Origin: Eledone cirrhosa
Taxonomy: Eukaryota
Direction: 5' to 3'
NCBI GenBank assembly: GCA_964016885.1
Contig: OZ024741.1
Span: 256,184,001-256,248,000, forward strand
Length of the DNA stretch: 64,000 nucleotides
Shown: positions 1-13,537 of the stretch, piece after piece
How positions within the stretch are numbered: the stretch's first letter is position 1
How the letters are laid out: every line of letters starts with the position of its first letter
Translations under genes and position numbers: made by a program
Notes under the pieces: model-generated
The model's database searches: none
Told to the model about the DNA's origin: nothing
Seen by the model: the letters and a program-made list of their open reading frames with translations, nothing else

Positions 1-3000
1 GACTTACGAGTGTTCCGACTTACGAGTGTTTCGGCTTACGAGTGTTTCCGGCTTACGAGTGTTTCGACTTCCGAGTGTTTTGACTTACGGTGTTTCGGCT
101 TACGAGTGATTCGACTTACGAGTGTTTTGACTTACGGGTGATTTGACTTACGGGTGTTGTGAATTACGAGTGTTCCGATTTACGAGTGTTTTGACTTACG
201 GTGTTTCGGCTTACGAGTGATTCGACTTACGAATGTTTTGACTTACGGGTGTTTCGGCTTGCGAGTGTTTCGACTTACGAGTGTTTCGGCTTATGGGTGT
301 TTCGACTTACTAATGTTTTTACTTACGAGTGTTTCGGCGTACGAGTGTTTTGACTTACGAGTGTTTCGACTTACGAGTGTTTCGACTTACGAGTGTTTCG
401 GCTTACGTGAGTTTCGACTTAAGAGTGTTCTGATTTACGAGTGTTCTGACTTGCGGGTGTTCTGATTTACGAGTGTTCCGACTTACGAGTGTTTCGGCTT
501 ATTAGTGTTTCGACTTACGAGTGTTTCGGCTTACGAGTGTTTCGACTTATGGGTGTTTCGACTTACGAGTGTTTTTACTTACGGTGTTTCGGCTTACGAG
601 TGTTTCGACATACGAGTGTTTTGACTTACGGGTGTTTCGACTTACGAGTGTTTTGACTTACGAATGTTTTGACTTACGGGTGTTTCGGCTTACGAGTGTT
701 TCGACTTACGAGTGTTTCGGCTTACGAGTGTTTCGACTTACTAATGTTCTTACTTACGAGTGTTTCGGCGTACGAGAGTTTTGACTTACGAGTGTTTCGA
801 CTTACGAGTGTTTCGACTTACGAGTGTTTTGACTTACGAATGTTTTGACTTACGGGTGTTTCGGCTGACGAGTGTTTCGACTTACGAGTCTTTCGGCTTA
901 CGAGTGTTTCGACTTACTAATGTTTTTACTTACGAGTGTTTCGGCGTACGAGTGTTTCGACTTACGAGTGTTTCGACTTACGGGTGTTTTGACTTAAGGG
1001 TGTTTCGACTTACGAGTATTTTTGGCTTACGAGTGTTTCGACTTACGAGTGTTTTGACTTACGAGTGTTCTGATTTACGGATGTTTCGACATACGAGTGT
1101 TTCGACTTACGAGTGTTTCGACTTATGAGTGTTTCGACTTACGAGTGTTTCGGCTTATGAGTGTTTCGACTTACGAGTGTTTCGACTTACGAGTGTTTCG
1201 ACTTACGAGTGTTTCGACTTACGAGTGTTTTGCCTTACGAATGTTTTGACTTACGGGTGTTTCGAAATACGAGTGTTTCGGCTTATGAGTGTTTCGACTT
1301 ACGGGCGTTTCGACTTACGGGTGTTTCGACTTACGAGTGTTTTGGCTTACGAATGTTTTGACTTACGGGTGTTTCGACTTACGAGTGTTTCGACTTATGA
1401 GTGTTTCGACTTACGAGTGCTTCGGCTTATGAGTGTTTCGACTTACGAGTGCTTCGGCTTACGAGTGTTTCGACTTACGAGTATTTCGGCTTACGATTGT
1501 TTCGACGTACGAATGTTTTGGCTTACGAGTGTTTCGGCTTATGAGTGTTTCGGCTTACGAGTGTTTCGACTTACGAGTGTTTCGGCTTACGAGTGTTTCA
1601 GTGTTTCGGCTTACGTGTGTTTCGACTTACGAGTGTTTCGACTTACGACTGTTTCGGCTTACGAGTGTTTCGGCTTACGAGTGTTTCGGCTTACGAGTGT
1701 TTTGACTTACGATTGTCTGGCTTACGAGTGTTCTGACTTACGGGTGTTCTGACTTACGAGTGTTCCGACTTACGAGTGTTTCGGCTTATGAGGGTTTCGA
1801 CTTACGAGTGCTTCGGCTTACGAGTGTTTCGACTTACGAGTGTTTCGGCTTACGAGTGTTTCGACTTACGAGTGTTTTGACTTACGGTGTTTCGGCTTAC
1901 GAGTGTTTCGACATACGAGTGTTTTGACGTACGGGTGTTTCGACTTACGGGTCTTTCGACTTAAGAGTGTTTCCACTTACGAGCGCTTCGACTTACGAGT
2001 GTTTCGACTTACGAGTGTTTCGGCGTATGAGTGTTTTGACTTACGAGTGTTTCGACTTACGAGTGTTTCGACTTACGAGTGTTTCGAATTACGAGTGTTT
2101 CGACTTACGAGTGTTTTGACTTACGAGTGTTTTGACTTACGGTGTTTCTGCTTACGAGTGTTTCGACTTTCGAGTGTTATGACTTACGGGTGTTTTGACA
2201 TACGAGTGTTTCGACTTACGAGTCTTTCGGCTTACGAGTGTTTCGACTTACTAATGTTTTTACTTACGAGTGTTTCGGCTTACGAGTGTTTCGGCTTATG
2301 AGTGTTTCGACTTACGAGTGCTTCGGCTTACGAGTGTTTCGACTTACGAGTATTTCGGCTTACGAGTGTTTCGTCGTACGAATGTTTTGGCTTACGAGTG
2401 TTTCGGCTTATGAGTGTTTCGGCTTACGAGTGTTTCGACTTACGAATGTTTCGGCTTACGAGTGTTTCAGTGTTTCGGCTTACGTGTGTTTCGACTTACG
2501 ATTGTTTGGCTTACGAGTGTTCTGACTTACGAGTATTCTTACTTACGAGTGTTCCGACTTACGAGTGTTTCGGCTTACGAGTGTTTTGACTTACGATTGT
2601 TTGGCTTACGAGTGTTCTGACTTACGGGTGTTCTGACTTACGAGTGTTCCGACTTACGAGTGTTTCGGCTTAAGAGGGTTTCGACTTACGAGTGCTTCGG
2701 CTTACGAGTGTTTCGACTTACGAGTGTTTCGGCTTACGAGTGTTTCGACTTACGAGTGTTCTGACTTACGAGTGTTCTGACTTACGAGTATTCTTACTTA
2801 CGAGTGTTCCGACTTAGAGTGTTTCGGCTTACGAGTGTTTCGGCTTATGAGTGTTTCGACTTACGAGTGCTTCGGTTTACGAGTGTTTCGGCTTACGAGT
2901 GTTTTGACTTAAGGGTGTTTCGACTTACGAGTGTTTCGATACGAGTGTTTCGACTTACGAGTGTTTCGGCTTACGAGTGTTTCGACTTACGAGTGTTTCG

Positions 3001-3248
3001 ACTTACGAGTGTTCCGATTTACGGGTGTTTCGACTTACGAGTGTTTTGGCTTACGGTGTTTCGACTTACGAGTGTTTCGAGTTAAGAGTGTTTTGACTTA
3101 CGTGTGTTCTGATTTACGAGTGTTCTGACTTACGAGTGTTCTGACTTACGAGTGTTCTGACTTACGAGTGTTCTGACTTACGAGTGTTCCGACTTTACGA
3201 GTGTTTCGGCTCACGAGTGTTTCGGCTTACGAGTGTTTCGACTTACGA

Positions 3249-3317
3249 AAATAACAAATAGACGCGGTTTCAAATCTCTATGCTTTTCAAATTCATTACA
3301 TTAATCTTTATTTATAC
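3249..3317. repeat. 69-bp AT-rich interspersed element, copy 1
   Basis: Non-monomer sequence AAATAACAAATAGACGCGG...TTTATTTATAC; 52/69 bases A+T. Confidence 0.97.
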
Positions 3318-3699
3318 GTTTCGCTTTACGAGTGTTTCGACTTACGAGTGTTTCGACATACGAGTGTTTCGACTTACGAATGTTTTTGCTTACGGGTGTT
3401 TCGACTTACGAATGTTTTTGCTTACGAGTGTTTCGGTTTACGAGTGTTCCGACTTACGAGTGTTCCGACTTACGAGTGTTTCGGCTTACGAGTGTTTCCG
3501 GCTTACGAGTGTTTCAACTTACAAGTGTTCTGACCTACGAGTGTTCTGATTTACGGATGTTTCGACACACGAGTGTTTCGAATTACGAGTGTTTCGACTT
3601 ACGAGTGTTTTGACTTACGGGTGTTTTGACATACGAGTGTTTCGATACGAGTGTTTCGACTTACGATTGTTCTGACTTACGAGTGTTCTGATTTACGGA

Positions 3700-4540
3700 T
3701 GTTTCGACATACGAGTGTTTCGACTTACGAGTGTTTCGACTTATGAGTGTTTCGACTTACGAGTGTTTCGGCTTACGAGTGTTTCGACTTACGAGTGTTT
3801 TGACTTACGGTGTTTCGGTTTACGAGTGTTTCGACTTACGAGTGTTTTGACTTACGGGTGTTTTGACATACGAGTGTTTCGATACGAGTGTTCTGACTTA
3901 CGAGTGTTCTGACTTACGAGTGTTCTGATTTACGAGTGTTCTGATTTACGGATGTTTCGACATACGAGTGTTTCGACTTACGAGTGTTTCGACTTATGAG
4001 TGTTTCGACTTACGAGTGTTTCGGCTTACGAGTGTTTCGACTTACGAGTGTTTTGACTTACGGTGTTTCGGCTTACGAGTGTTTCGACTTACGAGTGTTT
4101 TGACTTACGGGTGTTTTGACATACGAGTGTTTCGATACGAGTGTTCTGACTTACGAGTGTTCTGACTTACGAGTGTTTTGACTTACGAGTGTTCTGACTT
4201 ACGGGTGTTTCGACTTACGAGTATGTTTGGCTTACGAGTGTTTCGACTTACGAGTGTTTTGACTTACGAGTGTACTGATTTACGGATGTTTCGACATACG
4301 AGTGTTTCGACTTACGAGTGTTTCGACTTATGAGTGTTTCGACTTACGAGTGTTTCGGCTTACGAGTGTTTCGACTTACGAGTGTTTTGACTTACGGTGT
4401 TTCGGCTTACGAGTGTTTCGACTTACGAGTGTTTTGACTTACGGGTGTTTTGACATACGAGTGTTTCGATACGAGTGTTCTGACTTACGAGTGTTCTGAC
4501 TTACGAGTGTTTTGACTTACGAGTGTTCTGACTTACGAGT
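3700..4540. repeat. Three copies of a ~250-bp monomer block (offsets 253 and 334 bp)
   Basis: Identical 65-aa pseudo-ORF at 3715, 3968 and 4302; repeated at 32122, 32375 and 32709. Confidence 0.85.
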
Positions 4541-7500
4541 GTTCCGACTTACGAGTGTTCCGACTTACGAGTGTTTCGGCTTACGAGTGTTTCCGGCTTA
4601 CGAGTGTTTCGACTTCCGAGTGTTTTGACTTACGGTGTTTCGGCTTACGAGTGATTCGACTTACGAGTGTTTTGACTTACGGGTGATTTGACTTACGGGT
4701 GTTGTGAATTACGAGTGTTCCGATTTACGAGTGTTTTGACTTACGGTGTTTCGGCTTACGAGTGATTCGACTTACGAATGTTTTGACTTACGGGTGTTTC
4801 GGCTTGCGAGTGTTTCGACTTACGAGTGTTTCGGCTTATGGGTGTTTCGACTTACTAATGTTTTTACTTACGAGTGTTTCGGCGTACGAGTGTTTTGACT
4901 TACGAGTGTTTCGACTTACGAGTGTTTCGACTTACGAGTGTTTCGGCTTACGTGAGTTTCGACTTAAGAGTGTTCTGATTTACGAGTGTTCTGACTTGCG
5001 GGTGTTCTGATTTACGAGTGTTCCGACTTACGAGTGTTTCGGCTTATTAGTGTTTCGACTTACGAGTGTTTGGGCTTACGAGTGTTTCGACTTATGGGTG
5101 TTTCGACTTACGAGTGTTTTTACTTACGGTCTTTCGGCTTACGAGTGTTTCGACATACGAGTGTTTTGACTTACGGGTGTTTCGACTTACGAGTGTTTTG
5201 ACTTACGAATGTTTTGACTTACGGGTGTTTCGGCTTACGAGTGTTTCGACTTACGAGTGTTTCGGCTTACGAGTGTTTTGACTTACTAATGTTCTTACTT
5301 ACGAGTGTTTCGGCGTACGAGAGTTTTGACTTACGAGTGTTTCGACTTACGAGTGTTTCGACTTACGAGTGTTTTGACTTACGAATGTTTTGACTTACGG
5401 GTGTTTCGGCTGACGAGTGTTTCGACTTACGAGTCTTTCGGCTTACGAGTGTTTCGACTTACTAATGTTTTTACTTACGAGTGTTTCGGCGTACGAGTGT
5501 TTCGACTTACGAGTGTTTCGACTTACGGGTGTTTTGACTTACGGGTGTTTCGGCTTACGAGTGTTTTGACTTACGAGTGTTTTGACTTAAGGGTGTTTCG
5601 ACTTACGAGTATTTTTGGCTTACGAGTGTTTCGACTTACGAGTGTTTTGACTTACGAGTGTTCTGATTTACGGATGTTTCGACATACGAGTGTTTCGACT
5701 TACGAGTGTTTCGACTTATGAGTGTTTCGACTTACGAGTGTTTCGGCTTATGAGTGTTTCGACTTACGAGTGTTTCGACTTACGAGTGTTTCGACTTACG
5801 AGTGTTTCGACTTACGAGTGTTTTGGCTTACGAATGTTTTGACTTACGGATGTTTCGAATTACGAGTGTTTCGGCTTATGAGTGTTTCGACTTACGGGCG
5901 TTTCGACTTACGGGTGTTTCGACTTACGAGTGTTTTGGCTTACGAATGTTTTGACTTACGGGTGTTTCGACTTACGATTGTTTCGACGTACGAATGTTTT
6001 GGCTTACGAGTGTTTCGGCTTATGAGTGTTTCGGCTTACGAGTGTTTCGACTTACGAGTGTTTCGGCTTACGAGTGTTTCAGTGTTTCGGCTTACGTGTG
6101 TTTCGTCTTACGAGTGTTTCGACTTACGACTGTTTCGGCTTACGAGTGTTTCGGCTTACGAGTGTTTCGGCTTACGAGTGTTTTGACTTACGATTGTTTG
6201 GCTTACGAGTGTTCTGACTTACGGGTGTTCTGACTTACGAGTGTTCCGACTTACGAGTGTTTCGGCTTATGAGGGTTTCGACTTACGAGTGCTTCGGCTT
6301 ACGAGTGTTTCGACTTACGAGTGTTTCGGCTTACGAGTGTTTCGACTTACGAGTGTTTTGACTTACGGTGTTTCGGCTTACGAGTGTTTCGACATACGAG
6401 TGTTTTGACGTACGGGTGTTTCGACTTACGGGTCTTTCGACTTAAGAGTGTTTCCACTTACGAGCGCTTCGACTTACGAGTGTTTCGACTTACGAGTGTT
6501 TCGGCGTATGAGTGTTTTGACTTACGAGTGTTTCGACTTACGAGTGTTTCGACTTACGAGTGTTTCGAATTACGAGTGTTTCGACTTACGAGTGTTTTGA
6601 CTTACGAGTGTTTTGACTTACGGTGTTTCTGCTTACGAGTGTTTCGACTTTCGAGTGTTATGACTTACGGGTGTTTTGACATACGAGTGTTTCGACTTAC
6701 GAGTCTTTCGGCTTACGAGTGTTTCGACTTACTAATGTTTTTACTTACGAGTGTTTCGGCGTACGAGTGTTTCGACTTCCGAGTGTTTCGACTTACAGGT
6801 GTTTTGACTTACGGGTGTTTCGGCTTACGAGTGTTTTGACTTACGAGTGTTTTGACTTAAGGGTGTTTCGACTTACGAGTATTTTTGGCTTACGAGTGTT
6901 TCGACTTACGAGTGTTTTGACTTACGAGTGTTCTGATTTACGGATGTTTCGACATACGAGTGTTTCGACTTACGAGTGTTTCGACTTATGAGTGTTTCGA
7001 CTTACGAGTGTTTCGACTTACGAGTGTTTCGGCTTATGATTGTTTCGACTTACGAGTGTTTTGACTTACGGTGTTTCAGCTTACGAGTGTTTCGACTTAC
7101 GAGTGTTTTGACTTACGGGTGTTTTGACATACGAGTGTTTCGATACGAGTGTTCTGACGTACGAGTGTTCTGACTTACGAGTGTTTTGACTTACGAGTGT
7201 TCTGACTTACGAGTGTTCCGACTTACGAGTGTTCCGACTTACGAGTGTTTCGGCTTACGAGTGTTTCCGGCTTACGAGTGTTTCGACTTACGAGTGTTTT
7301 GACTTACGGTGTTTCGGCTTACGAGTGATTCGACTTACGAGTGTTTTGACTTACGGGTGTTTTGACTTACGGGTGTTGTGAATTACGAGTGTTCCGATTT
7401 ACGAGTGTTTTGACTTACGGTGTTTCGGCTTACGAGTGATTCGACTTACGAATGTTTTGACTTACGGGTGTTTCGGCTTGCGAGTGTTTCGACTTACGAG

Positions 7501-7800
7501 TGTTTCGGCTTATGAGTGTTTCGACTTACTAATGTTTTTACTTACGAGTGTTCTGACTTACGAGTGTTCGACTTACGAGTGTTCCGACTTACGGGTGTTT
7601 CGACTTACGAGTGGTTTGGCTTACGGTGTTTCGGCTTACGAGTGTTTCGAGTTACGAGTGTTTTGACTTACGCGTGTTTTGACATACGAGTGTTTCGATA
7701 CGAGTGTTCTGACTTACGAGTGTTCTGACTTACGAGTGTTCCGACTTTACGAGTGTTTCGGCTCACGAGTGTTTCGGCTTACGAGTGTTTCGACTTACAA

Positions 7801-7869
7801 AAATAACAAATAGACGCGGTTTCAAATCTCTATGAATTTCAAATTCATTACATTAATCTTTATTTATAC
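7801..7869. repeat. 69-bp element copy 2 (variant TATGAATTTC; preceded by TTACAA)
   Basis: Direct match with CT>AA double substitution. Confidence 0.97.
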
Positions 7870-10800
7870 GTTTCGCTTTACGAGTGTTTCGACTTACGAG
7901 TGTTTCGACATACGAGTGTTTCGACTTCCGAATGTTTTCGCTTACGGGTGTTTCGACTTACGAATGTTTCGGCTTACGAGTGTTTCGGCTTACGAGTGTT
8001 CCGACTTAGGAGTGTTTCGGCTTACGGGTGTTTCCGGCTTACGAGTGTTTCGACTTTAGAGTGTTTCGACTTTAGAGTGTTTTGACTTACGGTGTTTCGG
8101 CTTACGAGTGATTCGACTTACGAGTGTTTTGACTTACGAGTGTTTCGACTTACGAGTGTTTTGACTTACGAATGTTTTGACTTACGGGTGTTTCGGCTTA
8201 CGAGTGTTTCGACTTACGAGTGTTTCGGCTTGCGAGTGTTTCGACTTACTAATGTTTTTACTTACGAGTGTTTAGGCGTACGAGTGTTTCGACTTACGAG
8301 TGTTTCGACTTACGGGTGTTTTGACTTACGGGTGTTTCGGCTTACCAGTGTTTCGACTTACGAGTGATTTGACTTAAGGGTGTTTCGACATACGAGTGTT
8401 TCGACTTACGAGTGGTTCGACTTACGAGTGTTTCGGATTACGAGTGTTTTGACTTCAGGGTGTTTAGACTTACGAGTGTTTCGATACGAGTGTTTCGACT
8501 TACGAGTGTTCTGACTTACGAGTATTCTGATTTACGGATGTTTCGACACACGAGTGTTTCGAATTACGAGTGTTTCGACTTACGAGTGTTTTGACTTACG
8601 GGTGTTTTGACATACGAGTGTTTCGATACGAGTGTTTCGACTTATGAGTGTTTCGACTTACGAGTGTTCTGACTTACGAGTGTTCTGACTTACGAGTGTT
8701 CTGATTTACGGATGTTTCGACACACGAGTGTTTCGATACGAGTGTTTCGACTTACGAGTGTTTCGACTTATGAGTGTTTCGACTTACGAGTGTTCTGACT
8801 TACGAGTGTTCTGACTTACGAGTGTTCCGACTTACGAGTGTTTCGGTTTACGAGTGTTTCGACATACGAGTGTTTTGACTTACGGGTGTTTCGACTTACG
8901 GGTGTTTCGACTTACGAGTGTTTTGGCTTACGAGTGTTTCGACTTACTAATGTTTTTACTTACGAGTGTTTCGGTGTACGAATGTTTTGACTTAAGGATG
9001 TTTCGACTTACGAGTGTTTCGACTTACGAGTGTTTCGGCTTACGTGAGTTTCGACTTAAGATGGTTCTGATTTACGAGTGTTCTGACTTACGAGTGTTTC
9101 GGCTTATGAGTGTTTCGACTTACGAGTGTTTCGGCTTACGAGTGTTTCGACTTATGGGTGTTTCGACTTACGAGTGTTTTTACTTACGGTGTTTCGGCTT
9201 ACGAGTGTTTCGACATACGAGTGTTTTGACTTACGGGTGTTTCGACTTACGAGTATTTTTGGCTTACGAGTGTTTCGACTTACGAGTGTTTTGACTTACG
9301 AGTGTTCTGATTTACGGATGTTTCGACATACGAGTGTTTCGACTTACGAGTGTTTCGACTTATGAGTGTTTCGACTTACGAGTGTTTCGGCTTACGAGTG
9401 TTTCGACTTACGAGTGTTTTGACTTACGGTGTTTCGGCTTACGAGTGTTTCGACTTACGAGTGTTTTGACTTACGGGTGTTTTGACATACGAGTGTTTCG
9501 ATACGAGTGTTCTGACTTACGAGTGTTCTGACTTACGAGTGTTTTGACTTACGAGTGTTCTGACTTACGAGTGTTCCGACTTACGAGTGTTCCGACTTAC
9601 GAGTGTTTCGGCTTACGAGTGTTTCCGGCTTACGAGTGTTTCGACTTCCGAGTGTTTTGACTTACGTGTTTCGGCTTACGAGTGATTCGACTTACGAGTG
9701 TTTTGACTTACGGGTGATTTGACTTACGGGTGTTGTGAATTACGAGTGTTCCGATTTACGAGTGTTTTGACTTACGGTGTTTCGGCTTACGAGTGATTCG
9801 ACTTACGAATGTTTTGACTTACGGGTGTTTCGGCTTGCGAGTGTTTCGACTTACGAGTGTTTCGGCTTATGGGTGTTTCGACTTACTAATGTTTTTACTT
9901 ACGAGTGTTTCGGCGTACGAGTGTTTTGACTTACGAGTGTTTCGACTTACGAGTGTTTCGACTTACGAGTGATTCGGCTTACGTGAGTTTCGACTTAAGA
10001 GTGTTCTGATTTACGAGTGTTCTGACTTGCGGGTGTTCTGATTTACGAGTGTTCCGACTTACGAGTGTTTCGGCTTATTAGTGTTTCGACTTACGAGTGT
10101 TTCGGCTTACGAGTGTTTCGACTTATGGGTGTTTCGAGTTACGAGTATTTTGACTTACGAATGTTTTGACTTACGAATGTTTTGACTTACGGGTGTTTCG
10201 GCTTACGAGTGTTTCGACTTACGAGTGTTTCGGCTTACGAGTGTTTCGACTTACTAATGTTCTTACTTACGAGTGTTTCGGCGTACGAGAGTTTTGACTT
10301 ACGAGTGTTTCGACTTACGAGTGTTTCGACTTACGAGTGTTTTGACTTACGAATGTTTTGACTTACGGGTGTTTCGGCTTACGAGTGTTTCGACTTACGA
10401 GTCTTTCGGCTTACGAGTGTTTCGACTTACTAATGTTTTTACTTACGAGTGTTTCGAGGTACGAGTGTTTCGACTTACGAGTGTTTTGACTTACGAGTGT
10501 TCTGATTTACGGATGTTTCGACATACGAGTGTTTCGACTTACGAGTGTTTCGACTTATGAGTGTTTCGACTTACGAGTGTTTCGGCTTATGAGTGTTTCG
10601 ACTTACGAGTGCTTCGGCTTACGAGTGTTTCGACTTACGAGTATTTCGGCTTACGAGTGTTTCGACGTACGAATGTTTTGGCTTACGAGTGTTTCGGCTT
10701 ATGAGTGTTTCGGCTTACGAGTGTTTCGACTTACGAGTGTTTCGGCTTACGAGTGTTTCAGTGTTTCGGCTTACGTGTGTTTCGACTTACGAGTGTTTCG

Positions 10801-12738
10801 ACTTACGACTGTTTCGGCTTACGAGTGTTTCGGCTTACGAGTGTTTCGACTTACGAGTGTTTTGACTTACGAATGTTTTGACTTACGGGTGTTTCGGCTT
10901 ACGAGTGTTTCGACTTACGAGTCTTTCGGCTTACGAGTGTTTCGACTTACTAATGTTTTTACTTACGAGTGTTTCGGCGTACGAGTGTTTCGACTTACGA
11001 GTGTTTCGACTTACGGGTGTTTTGACTTACGGGTGTTTCGGCTTACGAGTGTTTTGACTTACGAGTGTTTTGACTTAAGGGTGTTTCGACTTACGAGTAT
11101 TTTTGGCTTACGAGTGTTTCGACTTACGAGTGTTTTTTTACTTACGAGTGTTCTGATTTACGGATGTTTCGACATACGAGTGTTTCGACTTACGAGTGTT
11201 TCGACTTACTAATGTTCTTACTTACGAGTGTTTCGGCGTACGAGAGTTTTGACTTACGAGTGTTTCGACTTACGAGTGTTTCGACTTACGAGTGTTTTGA
11301 CTTACGAATGTTTTGACTTACGGGTGTTTCGGCTTACGAGTGTTTCGACTTACGAGTCTTTCGGCTTACGAGTGTTTCGACTTACTAATGTTTTTACTTA
11401 CGAGTGTTTCGGCGTACGAGTGTTTCGACTTACGAGTGTTTCGACTTACGGGTGTTTTGACTTACGGGTGTTTCGGCTTACGAGTGTTTTGACTTACGAG
11501 TGTTTTGACTTAAGGTTGTTTCGACTTACGAGTATTTTTGGCTTACGAGTGTTTCGACTTACGAGTGTTTTGACTTACGAGTGTTCTGATTTACGGATGT
11601 TTCGACATACGAGTGTTTCAACTTACGAGTGTTTCGACTTATGAGTGTTTCGACTTACGAGTGTTTCGGCTTATGAGTGTTTCGACTTACGAGTGCTTCG
11701 GCTTACGAGTGTTTCGACTTACGAGTATTTCGGCTTACGAGTGTTTCAACTTACGAGTGTTTCGACTTATGAGTGTTTCGACTTACGAGTGCTTCGGCTT
11801 ACGAGTGTTTCGACTTACGAGTATTTCGGCTTAAGAGTGTTTCGACGTACGAATGTTTTGGCTTACGAGTGTTTCGGCTTATGAGTGTTTCGGCTTACGA
11901 GTGTTTCGACTTACGAGTGTTTCGGCTTACGAGTGTTTCAGTGTTTCGGCTTACGTGTGTTTCGACTTACGAGTGTTTCGACTTACGACTGTTTCGGCTT
12001 ACGAGTGTTTCGGCTTACGAGTGTTTCGGCTTACGAGTGTTTTGACTTACGATTGTTTGGCTTACGAGTGTTCTGACTTACGGGTGTTCTGACTTACGGG
12101 TGTTCCGACTTACGAGTGTTTCGGCTTATGAGGGTTTCGACTTACGATTGTTTCGACTTACGAGTGTTTCGGCTTACGAGTGTTTCGACTTACGAGTGTT
12201 CTGACTTACGACTGTTTCGGCTTACGAGTGTTTCGGCTTACGAGTGTTTCGGCTTACGAGTGTTTTGACTTAGGATTGTTTGGCTTACGAGTGTTCTGAC
12301 TTACGGGTGTTCTGACTTACGGGTGTTCCGACTTACGAGTGTTACGGCTTATGAGGGTTTCGACTTACGAGTGTTTCGACTTACGAGTGTTTCGGCTTAC
12401 GAGTGTTTCGACTTACGAGTGTTCTGACTTACGAGTGTTCTGACTTACGAGTGTTCTTACTTACGAGTGTTCCGACTTACGAGTGTTCCGACTTACGAGT
12501 GTTTCGGCTTACGAGTGTTTCGGCTTACGAGTGTTTCGACTTACGAATGTTTCGACTTACGAGTGTTCCGACTTACGGGTGTTTCGACTTACGAGTGTTT
12601 TGGCTTACGGTGTTTCGGCTTACGAGTGTTTCGAGTTACGAGTGTTTTGACTTACACGTGTTTTGACATACGAGTGTTTCGACTTTACGAGTGTTTCGGC
12701 TCACGATTGTTTCGAATTACGAGTGTTTCGACTTACGA

Positions 12739-12807
12739 AAATAACAAATAGACGCGGTTTCAAATCTCTATGCTTTTCAAATTCATTACATTAATCTTTA
12801 TTTATAC
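12739..12807. repeat. 69-bp element copy 3
   Basis: Direct match to copy 1. Confidence 0.97.
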
Positions 12808-13537
12808 GTTTCGCTTTACGATGTTTCGACTTACGAGTGTTTCGACATACGAGTGTTTCGGCTTACGAGTGTTTTGATTTACGAGTGTTTTGACTTACGG
12901 GTGCTTCGACTTACGCGTGTTTTGACTTACGAGTGTTTCGACTTACGAGTGTTTCGACTTACGAGTGTTTCGGCTTACGAGTGTTTTGACTTACGAATGT
13001 TTTGACTTACGATTGTTTCGGCTTACGGGTGTTTCGACTTACGAATGTTTTTGCTTACGAGTGTTTCGGCTTACGAGTGTTTCGGCTTATGAGTGTTTCG
13101 AATTACGAGTGTTTTGACTTACGGGTGTTTTGACATACGAGTGTTTCGATACGATTGTTCTGACTTACGAGTGTTTCCGCTTACGAGTGTTTCGGCTTAC
13201 GAGTGTTTCGACTTACTAATGTTTTTACTTACGAGTGTTTCGGTGTACGAGTGTTTCGACTTAAGGATGTTTCGACTTACGAGTGTTTCGACTTACGAGT
13301 GTTTCGACTTACGAGTGTTTCGACTTACGAGTGTTTTGGCTTACGAATGTTTTGACTTACGGGTGTTTCGACTTACGAGTATTTCGGCTTAAGAGTGTTT
13401 CGACGTACGAATGTTTTGGCTTACGAGTGTTTCGGCTTATGAGTGTTTCGGCTTACGAGTGTTTCGACTTACGAGTGTTTCGGCTTACGAGTGTTTCAGT
13501 GTTTCGGCTTACGTGTGTTTCGACTTACGAGTGTTTC

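Larger units (their letters stand above)
1..6750. repeat. About 2.2-kb block duplicated at about 4.5-kb offset (1-~2270 vs 4546-~6750)
   Basis: Offsets of 4,545 (217/4762, 760/5305) and 4,481 (1840/6321). Shared rare variants GTTGTGAATT, CTTATTAGTG and TTCCACTTACGAGCGC. Confidence 0.85.

Noticed and set aside
3249-3317. Element as a tRNA, snRNA or other known structured RNA
   Set aside because: The size is similar, but there is no cloverleaf, A/B box or recognisable conserved motif. An Rfam search would be needed to exclude this fully.
3243-3331. 69-bp element as an active MITE with a TTACGA target-site duplication or terminal inverted repeats
   Set aside because: The apparent duplication is just monomer sequence. 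End complementarity (CGAAA..ATAACAAATAGA versus TCTTTATTTAT..TTTCG) is loose and AT-driven, and identical flanks imply one ancestral junction.
3280-3549. ATG-initiated ORF MLFKFITLIFIYTF... resembling a signal peptide fused to repeats
   Set aside because: The hydrophobicity follows from T-rich DNA. The frame is shifted by a 1-bp deletion in the 1,558-bp HOR copies, and ORF length varies arbitrarily among the other copies.
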